DNA of 64,000 bases from Octopus sinensis (lineage: Eukaryota), in the NCBI RefSeq assembly GCF_006345805.1, contig NC_043004.1, positions 85,870,001-85,934,000 of the forward strand, read 5' to 3'. Position 1 is the stretch's first letter; each line of letters begins with the position of its first letter. The translations under genes were made by a program, and so were the position numbers. Shown here piece by piece: positions 52,433-64,000 of the stretch. Under the pieces are notes generated by a model. That model saw nothing but the letters and a program-made list of their open reading frames with translations, did no database searches and had not been told where the DNA came from.

Positions 52433-54460
52433 GTAAGCTGGCAAGCATACATAACAGACACACACCATTTATACCAACAATAAGGCACAACATTTCAAGT
52501 CTGACACAGCCGCCATTTACAAAAATCTTCTCATCTTAAATGGATATATAAAAAGAGCATAATTTTTTCTCTTCCTGCTTACTTATTATTTTTTACAATC
52601 ATTAGATATCTCTTCATCATCTTCTCATACCAATTCTTCCCTATTTTCAATATTTTGTACATAATTTTACGAAAAACGACTATTTTTTTCTCTAGGCTTA
52701 CACGTCAGTTTATCTCTTACGCATCACATACTCTTCTATATTTTATAATATACTTCACCTTATTTTCTTTTATTTTTCTCCTTCCTGTCCATCCATCCAT
52801 CCATCCATCAATCCAGCCGCCTTCTCCGCCCACTACTGCTGAGATTGTTGTGGGAGACAGTAGAGCTCTCAAGCACTTCTTTCATTGGGTCCTATCTGAA
52901 GCAATCGTCGTGGCACTTTCATGCTAGATTCGGAAGCAGTTGGCTCTTTTTGAAGAATCTCCCTTACGGTTCTCTTCTGCGACATTCTCTCTACTTGTCT
53001 ATGGTACCAGAAGTGTGGTTCTCGGCACGGAAAAGTAAAGTTTCGACATGGTGAGACTCCCTGATCTTCGATCTTCGCAACCTGAAGAAAAACGTTATTT
53101 CAGAGATCTTTCAGAGGTGTCCAGTTCAGGCCACTTGTAGAGGCAGTCGTGCTCTTTCGGTCATTACCTGGCATTTTTGACAATAGGTGAAGATAGGCAC
53201 GAAAACTGAATTGAAGATATTGTCCCAACCTCATTTCTTCTTGTTTTATCTTTAATTCTGCAGTGATTCTCCTCGTCAAGGTAACACAAATGCAACAGAA
53301 AGAGAGAGAGAGAGAGAGAGAGGGTGGGTGAAAGGAAGAAAGAAAGAGAAAGAGAGAGAGAGAGCGAGAAATGAGACGAGCAAGAGTGAATTACTGCAAA
53401 ATCTTACTTCTAATATCAATTTAACTTCTATTTTTGTTTTGCTTCAACCTTGTTTCCCAAGCATTTGGCTCTGGATACAATCCCACTGCGTGGCACCTTG
53501 GTCAAGTTTCTACTACTATAGCCTTGAGTAGTGAGATTGAACCCGGACTCAGGTGGTTGCTAAGCTAGCTATTTACCACACAGCCACTTCTGGTAAGATT
53601 AAAGTTTAGATATTAGTTTACATATTGTTACATGAACAAAAGCGATGGGTATCTATTTAGAGAGAAGGCTGCAAATACCTATAAATAATGGAAATAATTT
53701 AATAGTATTATCGTTACAGCTGTTTCGGATGAAGCATGATTGATATGGAACTTATGCATACCTCATTAACTACCTCTGCTATTATTTATTTACCGTCGTC
53801 ATTTTGCCAGCTTCAGACCTCAACAGATTTATTTATAAAATGCTAACAAATTTTTTAATGTATTTATGACATATACGTAGACAAATAGCGAAGCGCATAC
53901 ACATGCATACGAAGATAAAAACATTGTCATACACAGATTCGGCCACATATACATACAGACGTATGCGTACACAAAACAATTCTGAAACATATATATATAC
54001 ATATACATACGAGCACACATGCATATACACTCATATATACACATATACATACACACATACATGTGCACATATACACAAATATCACACTCATTTACAAACT
54101 CACACATGCGTATTCACATTCTCAAATATGCACACACGCATATATACGCTTACACAAATACGCAAAGGTAAACACACCCACATTCATAAACATACACACA
54201 CACTCATATATATGGGTGTGTGTGTGTGTGTGTGTGTGTTCATACATACACACACATGCATGCAAACTTACGTGCTTATATATAAGCACACAAACAAATA
54301 TATATATATATACACTTACATAAGCACACAGACATTCACATTTCCATATACGAACATGTATTTATACGCTTACACACCTACGCACACATAGACACCCACA
54401 TTCACAAAGATACAGACACATTCACATATACACACATGTGTATATAATATATATTTATAC

Positions 54461-54492
<32 letters not shown>

Positions 54493-54527
54493 TCATTCAT
54501 ACTCTCACAGACATGCAAACATACTCG

Positions 54528-54561
<34 letters not shown>

Positions 54562-54924
54562 CATATATGCACTCGTGCTTTCACACACTTACATACACAC
54601 ATAACTAAGTACACACACACACATTTCAAAACATGCGTACACATACATATTTAACCGCATCCACTTTATGTAAAATTATATTTTCGCATCGTCACATGCA
54701 TACGGTTTTGTCTGAAATGGCTTACGAAATTTAATGAATCGATTATCAAAAGCCAACATCGGATTGATCAGCCACCCGTCTACATATCTTAAGTGGTCTG
54801 ACAGTGATCAATACCCGTCAGGTCAATAGCCAAACACTTCTGTGACAGAAGATATCGGAGAAAAAATAAATGAACGTCAGCCAAACCTTCCTACCTTTAA
54901 CTGCTTCCAAATAGTTCTGTTGAA

Positions 54925-55219
54925 ATAATCACCACAACTACCACCACCACCACCACCATCACTGCCCCAACCACCACTACTACCACCACTACAAGCACCG
55001 CCAACTCATCTCCGACCACAACTACCACGAGCACTCCTACTACTCTCACCACCATCACAACCCCTGTCAACACCTCCCTGACCACCACCACCATCACAAC
55101 CACCCTACCTCCACCACCACAACTACCACCACCACAACCACCACAAACGCCACCACCACAACCTCCACTATCGCAAGCCACACTACCAACACAACCACCT
55201 CTGTTACCTCCACCACGAA

Positions 55220-55252
<33 letters not shown>

Positions 55253-55260
55253 TATTCTCA
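54925..55260. repeat. (ACC)n-rich then (CAT)n low-complexity tract
   Basis: Degenerate CCA/ACC triplets. Confidence 0.85.
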
Positions 55261-55854
55261 TCAATTATCCTCTTCAGTTTCAACAAGACCGCGTTATCTC
55301 AGTCTTGTTATACATGTCCATTGACATTTCCATTGTAAAATTTTTATCTTTGAAATACACAAAGAAACTTTAAACTTTGAGTTTTCAAGGAACTTTTTAT
55401 AATGTAAACATTATTGATATCCCATAACGTATATATTTTCTTTAAATGCTGGCTTTCTCGGAACGAAACACGCCGGCCGTAAAGAGTGAGCTGCTTCGAT
55501 TTCAAAATTTAATTGTATTTTAATTGTGCAGCGCTTTTTTCCCCACCAGGAGATAGATTTTACACTATTTGTATATACTTGAGACGACCAACTTGGATGC
55601 GTTTTCAGGGTGGCTCGAACACACCGTAACAATGAGCTGCAAAAACAACGAAATATCTATATCTAATGTTCCCGTTAACCTATGGGAGTATTTATTTCGC
55701 ATGGCTTTTGAGATATACAGTGTCTCGTTTTGTTTTGTTTTCTCAACGCACTACGTATTAAAGGGACATTCCTCGTGCGACATACCGCAGTCAAAAAGCA
55801 TTGACATAAAACACATGCATTAAGTATGTGACATCAATCATGATTAATTGTATG

Positions 55855-56285
55855 CGCAGGAGTGGCTGGGTGGTAGGTACCTTGCTTGCCAACCACATGG
55901 TTCCGGGTTCAGTCCCTCTGCGTGGCACTTTGAGCAAGTGTCTTTTACTATAGCCTCGGGCCGACCAACGCCTTGTGAGTGGATTTAGTAGTCGGAAAGT
56001 AAAAGAAGCCCGTCGTATATATGTATATGTATATATATATATATGTGTGTGAGTGTGTGTGTGTCTGTGTTTGTGTGTCTGTGTTTGTACTCCCAACATC
56101 GCTTGACAACCGATGCTGGTGTGTTTACGTCTCCGTAACTTTGCGGTTCGGCAAAAGAGACCGATAGGATAAGTACTAGGCTTACAAAGAATAAGTCTTG
56201 GGGTCGATTTGCTCAACTAAAGGCGGTGCTCCAGCATGGCCGCAGTCAAATGACTGAAACTGGTAAAAGAGTATAAGAGTATGTG
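55855..56285 (+). mobile_element. SINE family C, full length
   Basis: GCAGGAGTGGCTGGGTGG A-box region, GGTTCAGTCCC B-box, internal TA/GT tract, tail AAAAGAGTATAAGAGT. Confidence 0.92.
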
Positions 56286-56881
56286 AATAAAAACGCCAAC
56301 AAATATTACTTTGCGTTTAGAAATAACTGAAGAGATAAATAATTCATAAAATAAAATAAAATGGAAATAAAAATTAACTTCAGGCTATGAACTCCGCTCA
56401 CACTGCTAAAGAATAACTTGAGCAACAAATGTCTTCTAACCAAAATTCCGCTAAAACTAAGCTTTGCGACAACAAAGTAGATACATAGAATGGGTGTTAA
56501 GGGTCCATTTAATGTGCTTGCTCTTTGGGTGTAGTCTAAAACTTTTGCAAGGTCTGTCATGGTCATCCGACAAATAGAGGTTGTTGTGAGATGACCACTG
56601 TGAGGCAAGCATTCTAAAGAGATTTCCGTGTTTGATGGTAAATCTTTGGTCGTAGATTGCTGCGTCAGTTTTCCACTCTAGACGTAATGAACAAACCAAA
56701 GGCGTTGGACTTCCGTAGATGTGTTCGGTGCTCCAGTATGGTCACAGCTTTAGGGCTGAAATGTATAAAAGAATACGTATATCCATGTATGTATTAAAAT
56801 ATATTATATCACGCTCTGACTCTGATCCTCATTCTCTCTCTCTCTCCCTCTCTCTCGCCATCTTTCTCAAATTTCCCTGTG

Positions 56882-56914
<33 letters not shown>

Positions 56915-57244
56915 TATGTATGCTTATAAGCAAATACACACAAATACACACACTAGCAGATATAATGGCATGCATACAGAGATAGAGAGAAAAGGCAGAG
57001 AAAGAGAGAGACACAAGATAACCATACATACACACATACATATACACTTACATACATACAAACTTACATACATACAAACTTACATACATATATACATACA
57101 GACACGCTTGCATATATACATACATATATACATATATACATACTTGCACGCATACATACAGACATAAATACAAATATACATATATATATATATATGAAAA
57201 AACAAGACAAGATAGAAAATGCTAAAATAATTTTATAAAGAACA

Positions 57245-57289
57245 TTTCAGTACCGGTTTCGCTCATTTTGAGACCTTTTCAACTGTAAA
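57245..57289 (-). ncRNA. Minimal hammerhead motif, U3-A8 variant, GUA triplet (family I)
   Basis: TTTACAG-TTGAAAA-G-GTCTC-AAAAT-GAGC-GAA-ACCGGT-A-CTGAAA; tail runs into (TA)n at ~57195. Confidence 0.68.
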
Positions 57290-58285
57290 GATTAAAATAT
57301 TTAAGTTTAGAAAAATTAAAAGAAAAGTTTTTTTAAAGGAATATTTGTATAGTGTTCAAATATAAGTGGCATTTTCCTTGTTTCTGCCTTTCTCTGTCTC
57401 TCTTGTTTACACTTGTGGGTTTGAGATATATATATATATAATATATATATATATATATGTATATATTGATCCAAAATAAAATAGCAGAAAATAGCGCTCT
57501 TCATACGAACACACCAATATTGCATCGTCGGGTTTAGCGACTTGGTTAGAGATGATACCGCGCATTACATTGATAAAACGTCTCGTTTAGTTGTACGATC
57601 ATATTTGATAATGGCAGCATGTGGCAAAACTGCTTGAGATGTTCACGCACGGAGACCAGCAAAAATATATGTCGTTTAAGTGTGATCCAAAATATGGAGC
57701 GTAAACAACATTATCTACACATCTTAATGCAAAATTAAATTGTTTTATATAATGATGTACCGTGACTACGTCTCGAATTGGAGTTAAATTTAAGCAGTCA
57801 AGCGAACAACAGACGCCATATAAGAGGCGATTGTTGTCTGCGTGAAAATGTATACGTCTATGATAGTGAGAGAAAGGAAGTTTGATATATAGAGAGAATG
57901 AAACTAGATAGAGAGGGGGCGATAGACCGAGACTCAGAGGGAGAGAGAGAGAGAGACAGATACAGAGAGAGAGAGAGAGAGAGAGGAAGTAGTGTAAATG
58001 GATGAGAGGAAGTTTTTCACAGTCTGCACTTATGAATTTAAAACGAAATGCATTTTTACACTGGTTCGTTAAGTGTTAGTCATTTCTGATACGGAGTGGA
58101 GTGAGGCAAAGGAGGAATCAGAGAGAGAGAGAGAGAGAGAGACTGGAGCGATGGCAAAATGATATAACCACACACACACACACAAACACTCAAAATATAC
58201 ATTTTTATGTATATATGTCTATATATAGTATTTGTATATTTACATATATATATATATATATGTATGTATATATGTATATATATAT

Positions 58286-58316
<31 letters not shown>

Positions 58317-58474
58317 GAGAGACAGACAGACAGAGAGAAAGATAGAGAGAGAAAGATAGAGAGAAATAGAGGGGGAGAGAGAGAGAGAGGGAGAGAAAGA
58401 GAGAGATAATAGAGAGATACATAGATAGATGGATGGATAGATAGATAGATAGATAGGTAGATAGATAGATAGAC

Positions 58475-58533
<59 letters not shown>

Positions 58534-58729
58534 GAGATAGAGAGAGAGATTCATACAAACACACATATACATACATGCATACATACATACAAAAATATCG
58601 ATATCCATACATATACATACTAATCACATTCGCAGACTAATACACATATGTTTACGTGTATATGTGTAGCATACAGATATTTTTAACTCATTTCTTGAGT
58701 GTGTAACATAGCTAATGTGCAGGAGATAT

Positions 58730-58796
<67 letters not shown>

Positions 58797-58799
<3 letters not shown>

Positions 58800-58907
58800 G
58801 CATACATATGTACATATACATTTATATCTAAATATGTGTACATATGTATGTATGCAGATGTATATGTATATGTATAAACATAAATATATAATATGCATTC
58901 ATATGAC

Positions 58908-58966
<59 letters not shown>

Positions 58967-59077
58967 GCATACATATGTACATATACATTTATATCTAAAT
59001 ATGTGTACATATGTATGTATGCAGATGTATATGTATATGTATAAACATAAAATAATAATATGCATTCATATGACATA
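58797..59077 (+). repeat. Tandem duplication, period 167 bp, bounded by TA tracts
   Basis: CATGCATACATATGTAC...GCAGATG...CATATGAC at 58797 and 58964. Confidence 0.9.
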
Positions 59078-59375
59078 TATATATATATATGTATATAAAC
59101 ACACACAGTATATATATGCACACATACACATACACACATATACATATATACACGTACGCTTCCACATTTGAATATGCAGCTACATTTTTACGTGCCTCAC
59201 GATTATATATCGTTAAATGTGCATCCATAAATATCTCACTGACCATGCATATAAAATTAGATTTTCCAGCTTCTGGTTTGTAAATAAAAAGTTTCGTTAT
59301 CTTTAACTCTGAAATGTGTCAGTATAATGTTCCGAAGATTCTCTAATACAAAATATTTCATTATTATTATTAATA

Positions 59376-59442
<67 letters not shown>

Positions 59443-59576
59443 GTTATTATTATTATTATTATTATTACCACTACTACTAATGTAGTTGTTGTTGCTGCTG
59501 CTGCTACCTTTGTTGTTGTTGTTGTTGTTATTATTATTATTATCATCTTTTTCTTCCTCTTTCAAATTTGCTTCCA

Positions 59577-60283
59577 TTTCTTGCCGAGTGTCTTCCCGAC
59601 TCCTAGGGCAAAGAAACTCGTAGTATACATTGGTAGGCCATTAAACTAAACTCACTAGTTCGTTCATTTTTTGTTTGTTTTTAAGTTAAATTAAAATACA
59701 TGGGTAGTAATAGTTCTAACATCGACAATGCTCTTCTCAATACGTGTGATGTACCAGTTAAGACAATCTTTTGCACTTCTTGCAGGGATGGTAAGCCAGA
59801 GATCATTCTCATATAATTTTCGGTTCCCTTTTTGATCATTCCTAGTGCTCCTACGATCACTGGTATTGTAACCACTTGAGATGCCACATTTTCTCAATTT
59901 CAATGAGCAGGTCTTTATATTTTCTGAGCTTGTCAAACTCTTTCGCCGAGATATTATGATCACAGGGGATGCTCATGTCGATCAATAAGCAAACTTTATT
60001 GTTTTGGTCTTTCACAACAATATCTGGTTTATTGGCTTTGATGGTTCGGTCTGTATGTACTGGAAAGTCCCATAGAATCGTTACATTTTCTCCTTCAGTT
60101 ACAGCTTCAGGGTGGTGATTATACCACTTGTTGGCAGTTTTGATATTGTAATGCCGACTTATTAGCCAGTGTAGATATTGGCCAAGTCTGTCATGTCTTA
60201 ATTTATACTCCACTGGTGCTAAGACTTTACATCCAGAGATTAGGTGGTCCACTGTATCAATCATGTTTCATCCACTGTTTCAA
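59577..60283 (-). mobile_element. 5'-truncated R4/Dong-type LINE 3' end
   Basis: DHLISGCKVLAPVEYKLRHDRLG...WDFPVHTDRTIKANKPDIVV...LIDMSIPCD...KYKDL, frameshift, VIVGALG...TSHVLRRAL; TAA tracts flank on minus. Confidence 0.92.
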
Positions 60284-60333
<50 letters not shown>

Positions 60334-61572
60334 GAATGACAGTACAGCGTACTTCGTCAAAGTGACACAGGGGTACAAATGTTCGAATCCCAGTATACCC
60401 GTCTTGAATACCCGTCAAATGAGGGTACACCAGGCACATGCATCACAACCATATGTGCGTGATATGATAATCTCATGTCAAGATAAACAGGGCAAGATCT
60501 AGCAGGTGGAGCTCAGTTAGAATTGTCCTCAAGTTAAGGAGCCCAGCCCACTCAAAACGTCCCTGAATAAGGTTTGTTTAAGGATGATGAATGAAACACC
60601 CAAGTTTCCAGAGAGGACCGATCAGGTAAAGGACCTGGTTATCTTGGTGGATTCCTCCTTTTCGCCTTCGGCCCAGTGTGTCCATGTTGCCAACAAAGCA
60701 CGCGGAATTCTGTTTTTGATTCGACGGTCATTCGGAATGCTCACAGCAGCCATATTCCTGCCACTCTATGTCACGCTGGTGAGACCCATATTGGAGTACG
60801 GGATTCAAGCCTCTTCTCCTTATGTCCTCAAAGACATACAGCATCTCGAAAGAGTCCAGAAGCTGGCTACCCGCATGGTTCTTGGTCTCAAGAATTTGTC
60901 TTATGAAGAAAGGCTGAAAACGCTCGACCTTTATTCTCTAGAAAAACGACGACGCCGTGGGATCTCATTCTTGCTCACAACATCATAAGCGGAAAGTGTA
61001 ACCTCTCGAAAGAGCTGTTCTTCACTCCTGCTCCAGAGCGTCGGCTGCGGGGTCATTCCGAAAAGCTCTATCTGCGACGATTTCATCTCAATCGAAGGAG
61101 AGGGGCTTTCTCCGTCCGGGTTGCGGATCCGTGGAATAAGCTGCCAGACGAGATGGTGAAGATGCCGACGACCGCTCGGTTCAAAGTCTCCCTTGACCTC
61201 AAGTGGCCTGAACTCTTTACATGAACACCACCCTGTACATAACTCTATGTCCCCCTACATGGCCTTGCTTTTTGCTTTTTGAGCCAAAAATTAACTAACT
61301 AACTAACTAAGCCCCAAAGAATTCCTCTCAATACTTGGCTATTATAGTCCCCTGCTACTTCTCTTCATGAGCAGAGATGCATACACCATCAGCTACTATG
61401 TGACATGCTCAAATGATTAAAGTCAAACGACTGACAAGCAAAACAATGGTATTGAGCAGAATATTTGCTGTCACCCATCTTTTATACCAACTCAAAACGA
61501 ATATGACAACACTTCCAATCGGTTAAGATAAAAGGCCATCAGAGCCATTGCCTGGTACCTCATCAGGGCATT
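60334..61572 (-). mobile_element. Family M copy interrupted by a CR1-type LINE
   Basis: 60334-60613 and 61311-61572 together reverse-complement 22339-22874. Confidence 0.82.
60611..61310 (+). mobile_element. 5'-truncated CR1/L2-group LINE 3' end with (TAAC)n tail
   Basis: VKDLVI...LYVTLVRPILEYG...LERVQKLATRMV...SYEERLKTLDLYSLEKRRRRG, one frameshift, ...RGHSEKL...FSVRVADPWNKLP...* (61224); tail TAACTAACTAAC. Confidence 0.93.
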
Positions 61573-61589
61573 TTATTATTACTGTTAGG

Positions 61590-61800
61590 TACTGAGGTGG
61601 CAGAATCGTTAGCGCGCCGGGCAAAATGCTCAGTGGCATTTTGTCCGTTCTTATGTTCTGAGTTCAAATTCTGCCGAAGTCGATACTGTCTCTCACCCTT
61701 TCGGGGTCGGTAAAATAAGTGGCAGTTGAGTGCTGTGGTCGGTATAAATTAACTTACCCAAACAAGATTTCCGGCCTTGTGCCTGGAGTAGAAATGATGG
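61590..61800 (+). mobile_element. Family B SINE
   Basis: GGTGGCAGAATCGTTAGC...GAGTTCAAATTCTGCC...GGCCTTGTGCC. Confidence 0.85.
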
Positions 61801-61802
61801 CT

Positions 61803-62580
61803 ATTATTTATTTTTGATCTTCATGTTTGTTACAATCACTTGCTGAGACACAACCAGCGTCCTTGGGCGAGTGAAGGATAAAAGATGTTACAGTATGACT
61901 GAAAGCTTGGGGAGGGGAAGTAACTAAATATCTTCCTGTAATACAACAGAGACATTTAAATGGATAGGGTTTTTCTAAGGATGTGGGTAGTACTTGTCAG
62001 CATGATCTTTAAAATTTCTCTGAGACATGGTTCTTCTGGGTATTATCTAGATGTTTCTGACATCCCTTTCTTACCATTCCTAGGACACCCTCAATAACAG
62101 GAACAATTCTCGCTTTAAGATGCTACATATTTTGTATTTCAATTTCCGGGTCCTTATACTTACCTAATTTGTTAAATTCCTTTACAGACATATTTTTATC
62201 TGTGGGAAAACTTCTATTAGTCTATTAGTATGTTTCTTTCCTGTCTTTAATGACTATGTCTGGTTGATTAGCCTGGATCGTTCTGTCGATGTTAACTGGA
62301 AAATCCCAGAGGATAGTGACATTGTTACTTTCAACGACTGGCTCTGGATGATGTTCATAACAGTAAGCAGGAGTGCTGATTTTGTAGTGTTTACATATTT
62401 TCCTATGTAAATACTGTCCTACCCTATCGTGGCAATTTTTGTATTCGTTTGGTGTCAGCACAGGACATTCTGAGACGAGACGATCTTTTGCTTCATCAAG
62501 TTCATCGCAGAATCTGCATTTAGGGTCAGAACCGCTTTGAAGAACGTTAGACAGGCATGATAAATGGAGGATAAAATTGT
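61803..62580 (-). mobile_element. R4/Dong-type LINE 3' end, same subfamily as 17656-18290
   Basis: DPKCRFCDELDEAKDRLVSEC (degenerate CCHC), HDRVGQYL, WDFPVNIDRTIQANQPDI; shared 3'UTR CTTCCCCTCCCCAAGCTTTCAG. Confidence 0.88.
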
Positions 62581-62757
62581 CTACATCTTAGAATGTTACT
62601 GGTACCTCTGTTTGCGTTACCTTGCCTTGGGCTCTCAGGAATCGGGGTGGGCATCATTATGAAATACCACATAACTTGGGCATTTTAAGACAAGGGACAA
62701 ATCAATCACTCGCGTGGACGCGGCCGATGTCTTCTAGAATAGAGGCATATAAAATAA

Positions 62758-62788
<31 letters not shown>

Positions 62789-63767
62789 AAATGTGACAGA
62801 CAGGCAGACAAAATGTCTGACCGAGAGGCAGACAGAAAAATGTGTGACAGACAGACAGAAGGACATATGGAAAGAAAGGAACCCTGTTTTGTGTACATTT
62901 GACGGTCTCGAAAGCAAAATCACCTTTGTAGGTATTTGAACTATTGTGTGTGTGTTTGTGTTAGTGTACTCATGCTTATGTTTATTTTTATACACACACA
63001 CACATACACAAAACACACACACACCAATACACGTCTATATTTATGTATGTATACATGTTTTTCTCTGAGTTTTATTTACGTTCTTCGTAAGAGAGTACAT
63101 TCAAGTTGATCGCCAAGAAAGCGAAGAAAGTGTTTGGTCTTCAGAGAGTTCCCGTTGTTTGTTAAAGCAAAACTAACCCCTCAGACGTAGGAAAATACCC
63201 CTAAATGGCAGATGCTCTCACTCAGCGGGAATAAAACCCAGGAAAACCAAATATGGCATATATCAAGAGCAATGTTAGTTATACCAAACACCCTAATATT
63301 CGAATTTCTACATTATATATTCGTGACCTAATTATAAATTCAAAATGACCGACAAGGCAAACATACCCTTAATTTAGGTCAATTTTTCTACCAAACTATC
63401 AAGGATAATATGCTCTAACTTGGAATGCCAACAGATTGGGGTACAGACTAGATGCTGATTCAAAGATATTGATGAAGTTGACCTAGATTTCGTTGTGGAA
63501 TTACTCATAGTCATATACAACAGTTCAAGCGTTTCTGACACTACAACAGTATCTAGACAAGTATCAAATTAATTCACATGCAAAATTTAGCCAATTACAT
63601 CAATTACTCTCGGAGATATCACTACCTATGCTACTCATTGTCAGAAATGCCATTTTGAGAAAAACGCAAAAACCGCTGTGAATGGTTGATTTTACATCAA
63701 TGCCCAACTACTCGAGGATAATATCCATATTTCAGTGAAATATTTGCAATTTTTTCAGTTTTTTCAT

Positions 63768-64000
63768 AGGTGTAGGAGTGGCTTTGCTGTAAATAGCTTG
63801 CTTAGCAACCACATGGTTCCAGGTTCAGTCCCACTGTGTGGCACCTTGGGCAAGTGTCTTCTACTATAGCCTCGGGTAGACCAAAGCCTTGTGAGTGGAT
63901 TTGGTAGACGGTAACTGAAAGAAGCCCCTTGTATATATGTATATATATATATATATATATGTACGTGTGTGTATATGCTTGTGTGTCTGTGTTTGTCCCC
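63768..64000 (+). mobile_element. SINE family C (cut off by window end)
   Basis: GGTGTAGGAGTGGC...GGTTCAGTCCCACTGTGTGGCACCTTGGGCAAG...GAAGCCC. Confidence 0.92.

Noticed and set aside
54897-55286. Gly/Val/Asp-rich 129-aa ORF
   Set aside because: Reverse translation of an (ACC)n/(CAT)n tract.

Overview
AT-rich, microsatellite-saturated eukaryotic non-coding DNA. The SINE families and repeat landscape resemble an Octopus/cephalopod genome (pattern recognition, not database-confirmed). I can support no intact protein-coding gene; nearly all ORFs in the supplied track are translations of (TA)n, (CA)n, (ATGT)n, (AGAT)n, (TAA)n or (CAT)n tracts. The window holds about 40 tRNA-derived SINE copies of several families, at least seven R4/Dong-type LINE fragments mostly in (TAA)n tracts, one young CR1-type LINE 3' end, and one Tc1 transposase remnant. 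Main discovery: at least six unrelated short repeat families, mostly running into (TA)n tracts and often arranged as fold-back hairpins, each carry a minimal type I hammerhead ribozyme motif (stem I, 7-nt core, one extra nt, stem II, GAA, mostly a palindromic stem III, UH). Across families the core shows all three of C3-G8, G3-C8 and U3-A8 at the tertiary 3-8 pair. One family puts the hammerhead behind a tRNA-like Pol III head and is flanked by an 11-bp target-site duplication. This suggests a diverse set of non-autonomous, Penelope-like-element-related ribozyme retroelements. Ribozyme activity is inferred, not shown. Coordinates were counted by hand; repeat boundaries may be off by several bases.
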